Positions 26,548-35,948 of a DNA stretch of 64,000 nt are shown here, in pieces. Both the position numbers and the translations under genes were made by a program. How positions within the stretch are numbered: position 1 is the first letter of the stretch; each line of letters opens with the position of its first letter. The notes beneath the pieces are model-generated. The model saw only the letters and a list, made by a program, of their open reading frames with translations. It ran no database searches and was not told where the DNA came from. The DNA is from Pandoraea pnomenusa (GTDB taxonomy: Bacteria; Pseudomonadota; Gammaproteobacteria; Burkholderiales; Burkholderiaceae), in assembly GCF_040391475.1 (NCBI RefSeq), contig NZ_JBEBXS010000018.1, positions 7,591 to 71,590 on the forward strand, written 5' to 3'.

Positions 26548-27659
26548 GCCACCTCCTTGCGCACGTGCGGCGCACCGCGCAGCGCCTCATCACCGATGCC
26601 GCCGATGCCGTCGGTTCCGCCCGTTGCTGCGTGACGGCCAACGCCCTGCGCCGCGCCCTTTTCGGAGGCCGACCACATCTGTACGGTCTGCCAGCACGCA
26701 CTGCGGCGTGCACCGTCCTGCCACTCGAACCAGTCGGGATACTGATCGCGACACTGCCGCGTGGCGAGCGCGCAGCGCGGCGCAAACCGGCACCCCTGCG
26801 GCCATTCGGTCAGCCCGGGCTGTTGCCCCGGAATCGCTTCGAGCCGCTTCTCGTAACGCCCCAGCGACGGCACGGCGCGAAGCAGGCCTGCGGTGTACGG
26901 ATGCGCCGGACGCGCAAACACGTCGGCGATCGGGCCAGACTCGACGATGCGTCCACCGTACATGATGGCCACGTCGTCGCAGAACTGTGACGCGAGATGC
27001 AAATCGTGCGTCACGAAGATCAGCGCCATGTTGCGCTGCTGTTGAAGCTCCCGGAGCAGCTTGAGAATCTGCAACTGCACGGTGACGTCGAGCGCCGTGG
27101 TCGGCTCGTCGCAGATCAGCAATTCCGGGGAGAGTGCGACATTGATGGCGATGGACACGCGTTGACGCATGCCGCCGCTGAACTGGAACGGGTAGCTGTC
27201 GAGACGTTCCAGCGCGGCCGGAATCTTCACGCGCTCCAGTACATCGACGCTCAATCGGCGCAATTCGGCCTTGTCGCGAATGCCCTGGTGTACGCGGAAG
27301 ATCTCCGCGACCTGATCGCCGATCGTCAGCAGCGGATTGAGAGACGTCATGGCGTCCTGCAGGATCATGCCGATCTCGCGACCCCGGATCTTCGCCATCT
27401 CCGCCGCCGAGAGCTTCGTCAGATCGCGGCCCTTGTAATGCACTTCGCCCTGCACGACGCGGCCATTCGACGGCAGCAGGCCGAGCAGCGTGTTGCACGT
27501 CATGCTCTTGCCCGAGCCGGACTCGCCGACCAGCGCCAGCGAGCGTCCGGCGTCGACGCGCAAGCTGACGTTGTCGACCGCCGTGACCACGCCGTGCTTG
27601 CCGCGCAGCATGGTCGTGAGGTTGCGTGCCTCGAGCAGGGGTTGGAAGGCTGTCGTCAT
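26544..27659 (-). CDS. ABC transporter ATP-binding protein (DppD/OppD-like)
   Basis: Start trimmed to the ATG at 27659 (MTTAFQPLLEARNL..). Walker A GESGSGKSM, signature FSGGMRQRVSIA, Walker B LICDEPTTALD. Confidence 0.9.
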   Translation of the reverse strand: MTTAFQPLLEARNLTTMLRGKHGVVTAVDNVSLRVDAGRSLALVGESGSGKSMTCNTLLGLLPSNGRVVQGEVHYKGRDLTKLSAAEMAKIRGREIGMILQDAMTSLNPLLTIGDQVAEIFRVHQGIRDKAELRRLSVDVLERVKIPAALERLDSYPFQFSGGMRQRVSIAINVALSPELLICDEPTTALDVTVQLQILKLLRELQQQRNMALIFVTHDLHLASQFCDDVAIMYGGRIVESGPIADVFARPAHPYTAGLLRAVPSLGRYEKRLEAIPGQQPGLTEWPQGCRFAPRCALATRQCRDQYPDWFEWQDGARRSACWQTVQMWSASEKGAAQGVGRHAATGGTDGIGGIGDEALRGAPHVRKEVA

Positions 27660-28558
27660 TACCACCCCCTCGACATGGTGGGACTGAGGCGATCGCGCAA
27701 TGCGTCGCCGAGCTGATTGGCGAGCAGCACGGTGACCATCAGGACCATGCCCGGAATCCCGCAGATCCACCATGCGGTTTCGAGATAGCCCCGACCGTCG
27801 GCGATCATCGCGCCCCACGACGGCGTCGGCGGTTGCACGCCGAGCCCCAGGAACGACAGCGTGGCTTCCAGGATGATGATGGTGCCGATGTCGAGCGTGG
27901 CGAGCACGATGAACGTGTTGATCACGTTCGGCACGATGTGCGCGAACATGACACGCACGCGCGACGCACCGGCGAGCTTCGCGAGCAAGACGAAATCGCG
28001 TGAGCGCAGCGACAGCGCTTCCGAGCGCGTGACCCGGGCGAAGCGCGCCCAGTTGGCCAGGCTCAATACGATGACCAGATTGAACACGCTGAAGCCGATG
28101 GCGCCCACGAGCACCAGCGCGAGAATCACCGCCGGCAGTGCCAGCTGGATGTCGGCAATGCGCATCGCCACCGCGTCGACCCATCCGCCGAGATAGCCCG
28201 CCGCAATGCCGAACAGGCTGCCGAACACGCCCGCCATGAGTACCGCACAAAAGGCGACGTACAGCGAAATCTGCGACCCCCAGATCACACGCGACAGCAG
28301 GTCGCGCCCGAGTTGGTCGGTGCCGAACCAGTGCGCCGCCGAAGGCGGTTTGAGGATGTCGCTCAACGAAATCGCATTCGGATCGTACGGTGCGAGCCAC
28401 TGCGGTGCGAGGGCCACGACGACAAGCGCCAGCGCGAGGGCCATGCAGACCCATAGCTGGACGTCGCGCCAGAGGCGGCGACGCGCACGAACTTCCGGCA
28501 CCGGCACACTGGCTTCGGCCGGACGCTGTCGCAAATCGAGGGGAGTAGCGTCATGCAT
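27659..28558 (-). CDS. ABC transporter permease (DppC/OppC-like)
   Basis: Multi-TM protein with a BPD_transp_1-type core (..RSEALSLRSRDFVLLAKLAGASRVRVMFAHIVPN..). Confidence 0.9.
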   Translation of the reverse strand: MHDATPLDLRQRPAEASVPVPEVRARRRLWRDVQLWVCMALALALVVVALAPQWLAPYDPNAISLSDILKPPSAAHWFGTDQLGRDLLSRVIWGSQISLYVAFCAVLMAGVFGSLFGIAAGYLGGWVDAVAMRIADIQLALPAVILALVLVGAIGFSVFNLVIVLSLANWARFARVTRSEALSLRSRDFVLLAKLAGASRVRVMFAHIVPNVINTFIVLATLDIGTIIILEATLSFLGLGVQPPTPSWGAMIADGRGYLETAWWICGIPGMVLMVTVLLANQLGDALRDRLSPTMSRGW

Positions 28559-29468
28559 AGCGAATCCTCGGATCGACGTAGGCGTAGAGCACGTCCACGG
28601 CCAGGTTGAGCAAGGTGAAGATCAGCGCGCCCACGGTGACTGCGGCCTGCACGACCGTGTAGTCGAGATTCGAGATCGAATCGAGAATCAGGCGACCGAT
28701 GCCCGGCCACGAGAAGATGAACTCGACCGAGACAGCGCCGCCCATCAGAATGCCGAACTGCAATGCCGTGAAGGTAATCATCGGCAGCAGCGCGTTGCGT
28801 AAGGCGTGGCGGAACACGATCGTGCGCTCCGGCACGCCCTTGATGCGCGCGAACTTGATGTATTCCGTATCGAGCACTTCGGACATGCTCGAGCGCGTGA
28901 GCCGCATGATCCCGGCCGCCGAGTACCAACCGAGCGCCACGGCAGGCATCACGAGATGCGAGAACGTGCCGTAGCCGTTGGTCGGAAACCACGACAACTG
29001 GATCGAGAAGAGGCGGATGAAGAGCAGACTGAACAGGAACGGCGGCGCCGCCTGCCCCAGCACCGCGAAGAGCTTGGCGCACTGATCCACCGCACCGCCG
29101 CGACGCACCGCCGCGATGGCACCAAGCGGAACGCCCACCAGAATGCCCAGCCCGAGCGCCGACGTCGTGAGCAGCAGCGTGGGCCCCAGCGCGCCGAGTA
29201 CCACGTCGAGCGCAGGCCGCGAGAAGCGATACGACATGCCGAGCTGGCCCTGCAGCAGATGCCAGAGGTAGCTCACGTATTGCACGGCCACCGGGCGATC
29301 CAGGCCCATCTGGTGACGGAGCAGCGCGCGGTCGGCTTCGGTCGCTTCCGGGGGCAGCATCAGGTGCGTCGGATCGCCGATCAGCCGTACGATCAGGAAG
29401 ATCACCAGCGTGACGAGCAGCACCGTGATCAGCGACTGCGCCACTCGACGCGTGAGATAGCGAATCAT
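28551..29468 (-). CDS. ABC transporter permease (DppB/OppB-like)
   Basis: Start trimmed to the ATG at 29468 (MIRYLTRRVAQSLITVLLVTLVIF..). EAA-type loop ..MSEVLDTEYIKFARIKGVPERTIVFRHALRNALLP... Confidence 0.9.
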   Translation of the reverse strand: MIRYLTRRVAQSLITVLLVTLVIFLIVRLIGDPTHLMLPPEATEADRALLRHQMGLDRPVAVQYVSYLWHLLQGQLGMSYRFSRPALDVVLGALGPTLLLTTSALGLGILVGVPLGAIAAVRRGGAVDQCAKLFAVLGQAAPPFLFSLLFIRLFSIQLSWFPTNGYGTFSHLVMPAVALGWYSAAGIMRLTRSSMSEVLDTEYIKFARIKGVPERTIVFRHALRNALLPMITFTALQFGILMGGAVSVEFIFSWPGIGRLILDSISNLDYTVVQAAVTVGALIFTLLNLAVDVLYAYVDPRIRYA

Positions 29469-31264
29469 GCGGGCGTCTCCCCGTCCTGTGCGGCGTCGTT
29501 GTCCATCAGATTGCGTGTGGCACGATCGCGCAGCTCCAGCTTGCGAATCTTCTGGCTGCCGGTCAGCGGCCAGGCGTCGATGAACTCGACGTAGCGGGGC
29601 ACCTTGTAGCTCGCGATATGCTCGCGGCAGTACTGCTGCAGCGCGAAGGGCGAGATGTCTGCCCCGTCCTGGCACTCGATGTACGCGTAACCCACTTCGC
29701 CGAGGCGTGGGTCGGGCACACCGACGACGACCGCCTGACGCACGCCCGGATACGTCTTCAGGAAGACCTCGATCTCCTGCGTCGCGACATTGAAGCCGCC
29801 CGGCTTGATCATCTCCTTCACGCGCCCGCGGTACGTGAGGTAACCCTCGGTGTCGAGCTCGCCGAGATCGCCGGTAAGCAGCCAGCCCTGCGCGTCGATG
29901 GCTTTGCGATCTTCTTCGGGCATGCGGTAATAGCCCTTCATGACCACGTAGCCCGAAATGCAAATCTGGCCGATCGATCCGGCCGGCAGCGCCTGACCGG
30001 TCTCGATATCGGTAATGCGCACTTGCACGCCTCGCACCGGGCGCCCGTTCGTGCGGGAACGCTTCTCGTACGGGTCGTCCCAGCGGGTGCGCACCACCGC
30101 GTTCGAAGTCTCCGACATGCCGTAGGCACTCACCAGCTCCGGCACGTCGAGCGTGCTGCTCACCCACTCGAACGACGCCGTGGGGAGCGGTGCGCCCGTG
30201 CCGGTGCGCAGGCTCGACAGGTCGTACTGTCCGATGTCGGCAAACGCCTTGAGATCCTGAACGATGGTGTCGACGAAGAAGCTGACCGTGATGTGTTCGC
30301 GCTCCACCAGTTCACAGAAGAGCCTGGGCGAGAACTGATCGGCGATGACCATGGCGGCGCCGGACAGCGCCATCGCCAGCGTGTAGAACGTACCCGTCGC
30401 CGTGAAGAGCGGTACGCACGAGAGGTAGCGGTCCTGCGCTGTGAGGCGCAGGCACTGCGCCGCATAATGGTTGTTCGCGAGCAGCGCACCGTGGCGCACC
30501 ATCGCCCCCTTCGGGAACGACGTCGTGCCCGACGTGTACAGGATCTGCGCGACGTCGTCCGGGGCGACCTGCGCGAAGCGTCGCGCCAATGCGCCGTCGT
30601 CCATGCAGCGACGACCACGGGCTTCGATGGCGTTGAAACACTCCATGCCGGACGGCAGGGTGCGATCCGTGGAAGACAACCCGATGACACGGCGAAGCGC
30701 CGGCATGCGCTCACATTGCCATGCGCCCCGGCGCTGCATCGTCCACTCGGGATCGAGTTGCGCGAGGATGTCGAAGTAACGCACGCCACGCTCGGCCGAT
30801 CCGCCACGCTCCTGCACGATCAGCGTGGTCGCCTCGGATTGCCCCAGCACGTAGGCAACATCGCTGTCGCGGAACCGGGTGTTCACCGGCACCAGCACCG
30901 CGCCGATGAGCGGCACGGCCCATCGGGCAATGAGCCATTCGGTGCCGTCGGACATCCACAGCGCCACGTTCTCGCCGGGCCCCACGCCCAGCGACATCAA
31001 GCCGCGAGCGAACGCATGAATGCGTTGCGCCAACTGCGAGAACGTCAGGCGCGTCTCGCCGTGCACGACGGCCTCGCGATCGCCGTGAGCGTTCGCGATC
31101 CACGTCAGCGCACTCGCGAAGGTCTCGCGGGTCCAGTCGATCGCGTCGCCCGAAGGCGCCCCAACGTCTGCCAGGGCCGGCGTCGCTGTCGGGGCCAGTA
31201 CGCTATCGTCGTCTCGATTCATGGTCTGATTCATCCGTTCGCGTTCGCTCGGGGGCCGGATCAC
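29465..31264 (-). CDS. AMP-dependent acyl-CoA synthetase/ligase embedded in the ABC-transporter gene block
   Basis: AMP-binding motif ILYTSGTTSFPKGAMVRHG. Later motifs GQICISGYVVMKGYY, WLLTGDLG, GRVKEMIKPGGFNV. The GTG at 31264 overlaps the SBP stop codon. An ATG 30 nt downstream (31234, MNQTMN..) is an alternative start. Confidence 0.85.
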   Translation of the reverse strand: MIRPPSERERMNQTMNRDDDSVLAPTATPALADVGAPSGDAIDWTRETFASALTWIANAHGDREAVVHGETRLTFSQLAQRIHAFARGLMSLGVGPGENVALWMSDGTEWLIARWAVPLIGAVLVPVNTRFRDSDVAYVLGQSEATTLIVQERGGSAERGVRYFDILAQLDPEWTMQRRGAWQCERMPALRRVIGLSSTDRTLPSGMECFNAIEARGRRCMDDGALARRFAQVAPDDVAQILYTSGTTSFPKGAMVRHGALLANNHYAAQCLRLTAQDRYLSCVPLFTATGTFYTLAMALSGAAMVIADQFSPRLFCELVEREHITVSFFVDTIVQDLKAFADIGQYDLSSLRTGTGAPLPTASFEWVSSTLDVPELVSAYGMSETSNAVVRTRWDDPYEKRSRTNGRPVRGVQVRITDIETGQALPAGSIGQICISGYVVMKGYYRMPEEDRKAIDAQGWLLTGDLGELDTEGYLTYRGRVKEMIKPGGFNVATQEIEVFLKTYPGVRQAVVVGVPDPRLGEVGYAYIECQDGADISPFALQQYCREHIASYKVPRYVEFIDAWPLTGSQKIRKLELRDRATRNLMDNDAAQDGETPA

Positions 31265-32826
31265 TTCCAGCTGAGGCTGCGCAGGTTGTAGTACCCGCTG
31301 CCGTGCTGCGGCTCCCAGTTCAGCTTCACGTCCTGCGCAAAGGTGTAATAAAGCTCGGTAATCAGCACGGCGTGGCCGTCGTCATGCAGCAGCCGGCCGA
31401 TCTTCTTGAAGATCTCGTCGCGTTGCTCGCGCGAGGTGGCGGCGTCGCCCTCTGCGACCAGCTTTTCGACTTCCGGGTTGTAGTAATCGGACCACGTACC
31501 GTCTTTCGTCGCCGCACCGCTGATCGGGTGCACCGGATCGTAGATGGCGTTGGAGAACTGCATCATCGTCATCGGACCGCCCTTGTGCGTGTTGTTCAGG
31601 CGACTCCATGCGGCGTAGTCGATGACCTTGACGTTGGTCTTCACGCCCACCGCCGACCAGTACGCCGCGATCACTTCGCACAGCTCCTTCGGGTTGTCCG
31701 TCGGACACAGCAGATCGGTCGTGAAGCCGTTCGGATAACCGCCCTGCGCCAGCAGCTTCTTGGCCTGCGCCGGATCGTACGGATAAGGCTTGATCGTGCG
31801 ATCGACACCATAGGGATAGCTCGACGACACATACGACGACATTTGCGCACCCACGCCATGCAGTGCCTGATTGATGATCGCCTTGGTATCGAGCGCATAG
31901 TTCAGCGCCAGACGCACTTCTCGCTTCGAGAGCGGCGTGCCGGGCACGTTCGAGTACAACCGCACGGCCAGCGGGCTGCCCACGGGCACCGACTTCACGG
32001 TGAGACCGGCGTTCGACTTCAGGCGCGCCACGTCCACGCTCGGCACGTAGTCGATGACGTCGACTTCACCGTTGAGCAGCGCGTTGATACGGCTGCTCGC
32101 CTCGGGAATCACCTTGAAGACGAGACGCTTGATGCCCGGCTTCGGGCCCCAGTACCCATCGAATCGATCGAGCGTGACCGACTGCCCGATCTTCTGCTCG
32201 ACGAACTTGTACGGGCCCGAACCCACCGGCGCCCGCGCGAACGCCTCGGGCGACGCCAGCGATTCGGTATAGGCCTTGGGCACCAGCAGGAGGTAGCCGG
32301 CGATCTTGTTGAGGAATGCGCCGTCCTGACGCTTCAGATGAAACACGACAGTCGTGTCGTTCGGCGCATCGACGTGATCGACCAGATTGGCGAAGTAAGG
32401 CCGCCGGGTGCTCTTTGTCTCCGGCGCGACGATCCGCTCCAGCGAGTACTTCACGTCCTTGGCCGTAAGCTTCGCGCCGTTGTGAAACTTGACGTCGTTG
32501 CGCAGCGTGAAGGTGTACTGCAGGCCGTCAGGGGCGATCTTCACGCCGGTGGCCACGCTCGGCTTGAGGTTGCCGTCGATGTCGAACGCGTAAAGCGTGT
32601 CGAACAGCTGCCAGCCGTAGCGCTGCGAGTCGCCCGTCGCGGCCACCTGGCCGTCGAGGTTGTTGATGTCCTTGCCCACGGCGAAGACAACGGTATCGCG
32701 ATCGACCGCCGGTTTGCCACCGATGGCCATCGACGCCGTCGGCGACAGGAGCGCCGCGCACAATGCGATGCCCGATCCGAGCCACGCCATCTTGCGCGGC
32801 CACGCTTGCAATGCCCGTGTGTGCAT
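31261..32826 (-). CDS. ABC transporter substrate-binding protein, family 5 (peptide/opine/nickel type), paralog 1
   Basis: Signal peptide (..LLSPTASMA). SBP_bac_5 hallmarks ..GDSQRYGWQLFDTLYAFD.., KFHNGAKLTAKDVKYSLER, ..AAWSRLNN... Confidence 0.9.
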   Translation of the reverse strand: MHTRALQAWPRKMAWLGSGIALCAALLSPTASMAIGGKPAVDRDTVVFAVGKDINNLDGQVAATGDSQRYGWQLFDTLYAFDIDGNLKPSVATGVKIAPDGLQYTFTLRNDVKFHNGAKLTAKDVKYSLERIVAPETKSTRRPYFANLVDHVDAPNDTTVVFHLKRQDGAFLNKIAGYLLLVPKAYTESLASPEAFARAPVGSGPYKFVEQKIGQSVTLDRFDGYWGPKPGIKRLVFKVIPEASSRINALLNGEVDVIDYVPSVDVARLKSNAGLTVKSVPVGSPLAVRLYSNVPGTPLSKREVRLALNYALDTKAIINQALHGVGAQMSSYVSSSYPYGVDRTIKPYPYDPAQAKKLLAQGGYPNGFTTDLLCPTDNPKELCEVIAAYWSAVGVKTNVKVIDYAAWSRLNNTHKGGPMTMMQFSNAIYDPVHPISGAATKDGTWSDYYNPEVEKLVAEGDAATSREQRDEIFKKIGRLLHDDGHAVLITELYYTFAQDVKLNWEPQHGSGYYNLRSLSWK

Positions 32827-32859
32827 TGAATTCTCCGAAGAAAGACGCCGGACGAAGAC

Positions 32860-33633
32860 TTACCGCAGTGTCTCCGGGCCGCCTTTGACATAGATGATTT
32901 GCCCCGAAACGAACGACGCGTCTTCACTGCAGAGGAATGCCACGACATTGGCGATGTCCCGCGGCACACCGACGCGGCCGAGCGGAATGCTCTTGGCACG
33001 CTGCCGTTTGTATTCCTCGGGATCGATGCCGCGACGCTCTGCGGTCTGACGCGTCATTTCGGTGTCGACGAACCCCGGCGCCACCGCGTTGACGTTGATG
33101 TTGAAGGGGCCGAGTTCGATGGCGGCCGTGCGCGTGAAGGCTTGCAAACCCGCCTTGGCCGACGAGTAGTTCGCCTGCCCGCGATTGCCGAGTGCCGATG
33201 TGGAAGAGAGATTGACGATCTTGCCGCTGCGTTGCTCGACCATATGTCGTTGCGCGGCGCGCGTGCACAGGAAAGTGCCGCGCAAGTGGACGTTCATGAC
33301 GCGATCCCAGTCGTCGACCGACATCTTGAACAGCAGGTTGTCACGGGTGACGCCTGCATTGTTCACGAGGACGTCGAGTCCGCCGAGTTGCGCGATCACC
33401 TGCGCAAACAGCGTCTCGACCTGCGCCTCGTCGGTCACGTCGCATCCGAAGCCTACGGCCTCGAATCCGCCGTCACGACGTAATGCGTCAGCGGCCGTTT
33501 GTGCAGCGTCTGCCGAGATATCGCAGATCGCCACACGCGCACCCTCCTGCGCGAACCGTTCGGCGGTCGCGTAGCCGATGCCACGCGCGCCTCCCGTCAC
33601 TAGGACCACCTTTCCCTGGAAGCGATTGCTCAT
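32860..33633 (-). CDS. SDR family oxidoreductase (FabG-like 3-oxo/3-hydroxyacyl reductase)
   Basis: Start trimmed to the ATG at 33633 (MSNRFQGKVVLVTGGARGIGYA). Also NNAG and YSSAKAGL. First gene of the long minus-strand operon. Confidence 0.9.
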   Translation of the reverse strand: MSNRFQGKVVLVTGGARGIGYATAERFAQEGARVAICDISADAAQTAADALRRDGGFEAVGFGCDVTDEAQVETLFAQVIAQLGGLDVLVNNAGVTRDNLLFKMSVDDWDRVMNVHLRGTFLCTRAAQRHMVEQRSGKIVNLSSTSALGNRGQANYSSAKAGLQAFTRTAAIELGPFNINVNAVAPGFVDTEMTRQTAERRGIDPEEYKRQRAKSIPLGRVGVPRDIANVVAFLCSEDASFVSGQIIYVKGGPETLR

Positions 33634-33992
33634 GCGCTTGCGTCTCCTGGTTGTGGCGCTGCCTGATCTATGCAGGCAGTCGTCGTAATGCAAACCAGTC
33701 TAGTCACGCGTTGCGATATGGTCAATATTTGAAACAAATAACTTTGCACAAATTTCATCAGGGATAACTCTCAGTTCATTCGACACACCATCGGTTATCT
33801 TTATAACGCAAGCGAAAGCCAGTCTTTATATGGATTACTACTTAGCTAATCACGACAATTCCACTTGCATCACCTGCTGAAACTGGCGCATCATTTATTC
33901 CACTATTTGAACGTTTACGCGACAGACCCCGAAACATCATGCAGAACGCGGCGCCACTCACCCGCTCCTTGTCGCCTGACGCGCCTCGCGCG

Positions 33993-35594
33993 TCAGGCAA
34001 GGCGTGCGCCCACGCTCTGCGCCACTTCACCGGTTTGCGCGGCGTTCCGCCCGGCAATACGGCCGCCGACGATGCACTCGGCAAGGTTGCCGCCCGCCAT
34101 GTAGATGTGGCCGAATACGCTGCCAAGCTCCCCCGCAGCGAAGAGCCCCGGAATCGGCTCACCGAACGGATCGAGCACTCGCTGCGATGCATCATGCACG
34201 GGACCGCCCTGCGTATTGATGACAACCGGCCACAGCGACGCCGCGTAGTACGGCCCCTCGCGCAGCGGCGTCATCGTCTCCGGCCGACGTCCGAAGGCGT
34301 CGTCATGCCCGGCATCACACCCCGCATTCCACTCCGCTACCGTGCGCACCAGCCCTTGAGCATCGATGCCCAGCTTTTGCGCGAGCGCCTCGATCGTGTC
34401 GGCCTTTTGCAACAAACCGTTCTCGACTTCCTTCAGGTTGTCGGCACTCCATTCGTACCAGGCATCGCGATCGTTCGTGATCGAGCGGCCCATCGGGTAC
34501 ATGCGGCGCCCGGCCTCATCGAAGATCAGGAACGACGGCAGGCGATCGTGCCGATAGGCCGACGGATCGTAGTGATCGAACTGGCGCACTCCGGTGTCCG
34601 AGATGTACGGCGGATACTCGTTGACGTAGCGACGCCCGCGTTGATCGACGACGATCCACGCCATCTTCGGCAACGGCTTCGACGCGCGCTCGGGCGTCCA
34701 CATCGGCAGAATCTTGGCGTAAATGCCAAACGGGTACGACGGATCGGGATGGCGAATCCCGTACGGCCCGTGGTGGTGCCACATATGCCAGAGGGCAGCG
34801 CCCGCTGCTTGCGCCATGCGAATGCCGTCACCCGTGTTGCCGCGAAAGCTCCCCGGCAGCACCGGGGTCGAGACGAAGAACTGACGCTTCATCTCCTCGT
34901 CGGCCTCAAAGCCGCCGCAAGCGAGAACCACCCCACTGCGCGCACGCACGTGAAGCGATTCGTCATGCCTGCGCAGCCGCACGCCGACCACTTCGCGCGT
35001 GGCGCCCTGCACCAGCCGCTCGACGCTCGTCGACAACCACACGTCGATCAGTCCCTTCGCGCGGCGCGCCTCGACGTTGTCCAGCAGCAACTTGAACAAC
35101 AGACATCCCGGGCGGAAGGGCCTCGCCGCAAGATACCCCGCAGGATCCCCGAAGCCGGGAATCGATTCGATGTCCGCGTAGGCGAGCGAATCGCATCCCG
35201 GGAACGGGTAGTTGCCGGTTGCCGGCTCCACACGCACGACAGCGCCGTCGACTTCCGCGAGTTCGCGCAGATACGCCGGCACCTGCGTCATACCGACGGC
35301 AAGGGTCTCCAACACATCGTCGGGCGTGCGTCCGCCGCAGGTGCGCTGAAGGTAGCGAAACGCCGCCTGCGCATCGTCGGACACGCGCACACCGCCGGCC
35401 GACAGAATCGAAATGCCGCCCGGATCGGGCATTTTTTCGATCAACAACACACGCGCACCGGCGTCTGCACTTTCGATGGCCGCCACGGCACCCGCCGCGC
35501 CGTAGCCCACGACAATCACGTCATATTCCGCCTGCCACTGCGCCGCCACGCCGGGCGCGATCCGATGTTCCGAAGTCTCCAAGAAAGCAACCAT
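33993..35594 (-). CDS. FAD-dependent oxidoreductase (FAD_binding_2 class: KstD / fumarate-reductase-flavoprotein-like)
   Basis: Start trimmed to the ATG at 35594. Dinucleotide fold YDVIVVGYGAAGAVAAIESADAGARVLLIEK. C-terminal GLFAAGELGS..GGNLAECIVGGRIAG is typical of this family. Confidence 0.85.
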   Translation of the reverse strand: MVAFLETSEHRIAPGVAAQWQAEYDVIVVGYGAAGAVAAIESADAGARVLLIEKMPDPGGISILSAGGVRVSDDAQAAFRYLQRTCGGRTPDDVLETLAVGMTQVPAYLRELAEVDGAVVRVEPATGNYPFPGCDSLAYADIESIPGFGDPAGYLAARPFRPGCLLFKLLLDNVEARRAKGLIDVWLSTSVERLVQGATREVVGVRLRRHDESLHVRARSGVVLACGGFEADEEMKRQFFVSTPVLPGSFRGNTGDGIRMAQAAGAALWHMWHHHGPYGIRHPDPSYPFGIYAKILPMWTPERASKPLPKMAWIVVDQRGRRYVNEYPPYISDTGVRQFDHYDPSAYRHDRLPSFLIFDEAGRRMYPMGRSITNDRDAWYEWSADNLKEVENGLLQKADTIEALAQKLGIDAQGLVRTVAEWNAGCDAGHDDAFGRRPETMTPLREGPYYAASLWPVVINTQGGPVHDASQRVLDPFGEPIPGLFAAGELGSVFGHIYMAGGNLAECIVGGRIAGRNAAQTGEVAQSVGARLA

Positions 35595-35665
35595 GTGTCG
35601 ACGACTCCTAGTTGTCCACTGCACATCAATTCTTAAACCCACACCATTACCCGGAGGAAACCGAG

Positions 35666-35887
35666 ATGCCCACCCACACCGTCCAATCTGAAATCACCGG
35701 CACCGTCTGTCAGGTACTTGTCGCCGAAGGCGACACCGTGTCGGAAGATCAGGCCCTGCTGATGGTCGAGTCGATGAAGATGGAAATTCCGGTCATCGCA
35801 CCGCGCGCCGGACGCGTTACGAAAGTGCACTTCAACGTGGGCGATCCGATCGGCGAAGGTGACGGCGCCGTAAGCATCGACACCTGA
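35666..35887 (+). CDS. Minimal biotin carboxyl carrier protein (stand-alone biotinyl domain, 73 aa)
   Basis: Start trimmed to the ATG at 35666, with RBS ggagga 8 nt upstream. Biotinylation motif LMVESMKMEIPV is embedded in a lipoyl/biotinyl fold-length sequence. Confidence 0.85.
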   Translation: MPTHTVQSEITGTVCQVLVAEGDTVSEDQALLMVESMKMEIPVIAPRAGRVTKVHFNVGDPIGEGDGAVSIDT

Positions 35888-35948
35888 TCGCCACCCACGG
35901 GACGTCGTCGCCGCACGCCACATCACGTGACGCGCGGCGACGATTCCC

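Noticed and set aside
29618-31291. 557-aa plus-strand ORF antisense to the embedded acyl-CoA ligase. Similar long antisense ORFs occur at 33939-35636, 37745-39505, 47279-48904 and 61519-63321.
   Set aside because: In every case the opposite strand encodes a protein with unmistakable family motifs (AMP-ligase, FAD oxidoreductase, carboxyltransferase, cytochrome b, HisD). The antisense products are Arg/His/Asp-rich and featureless.
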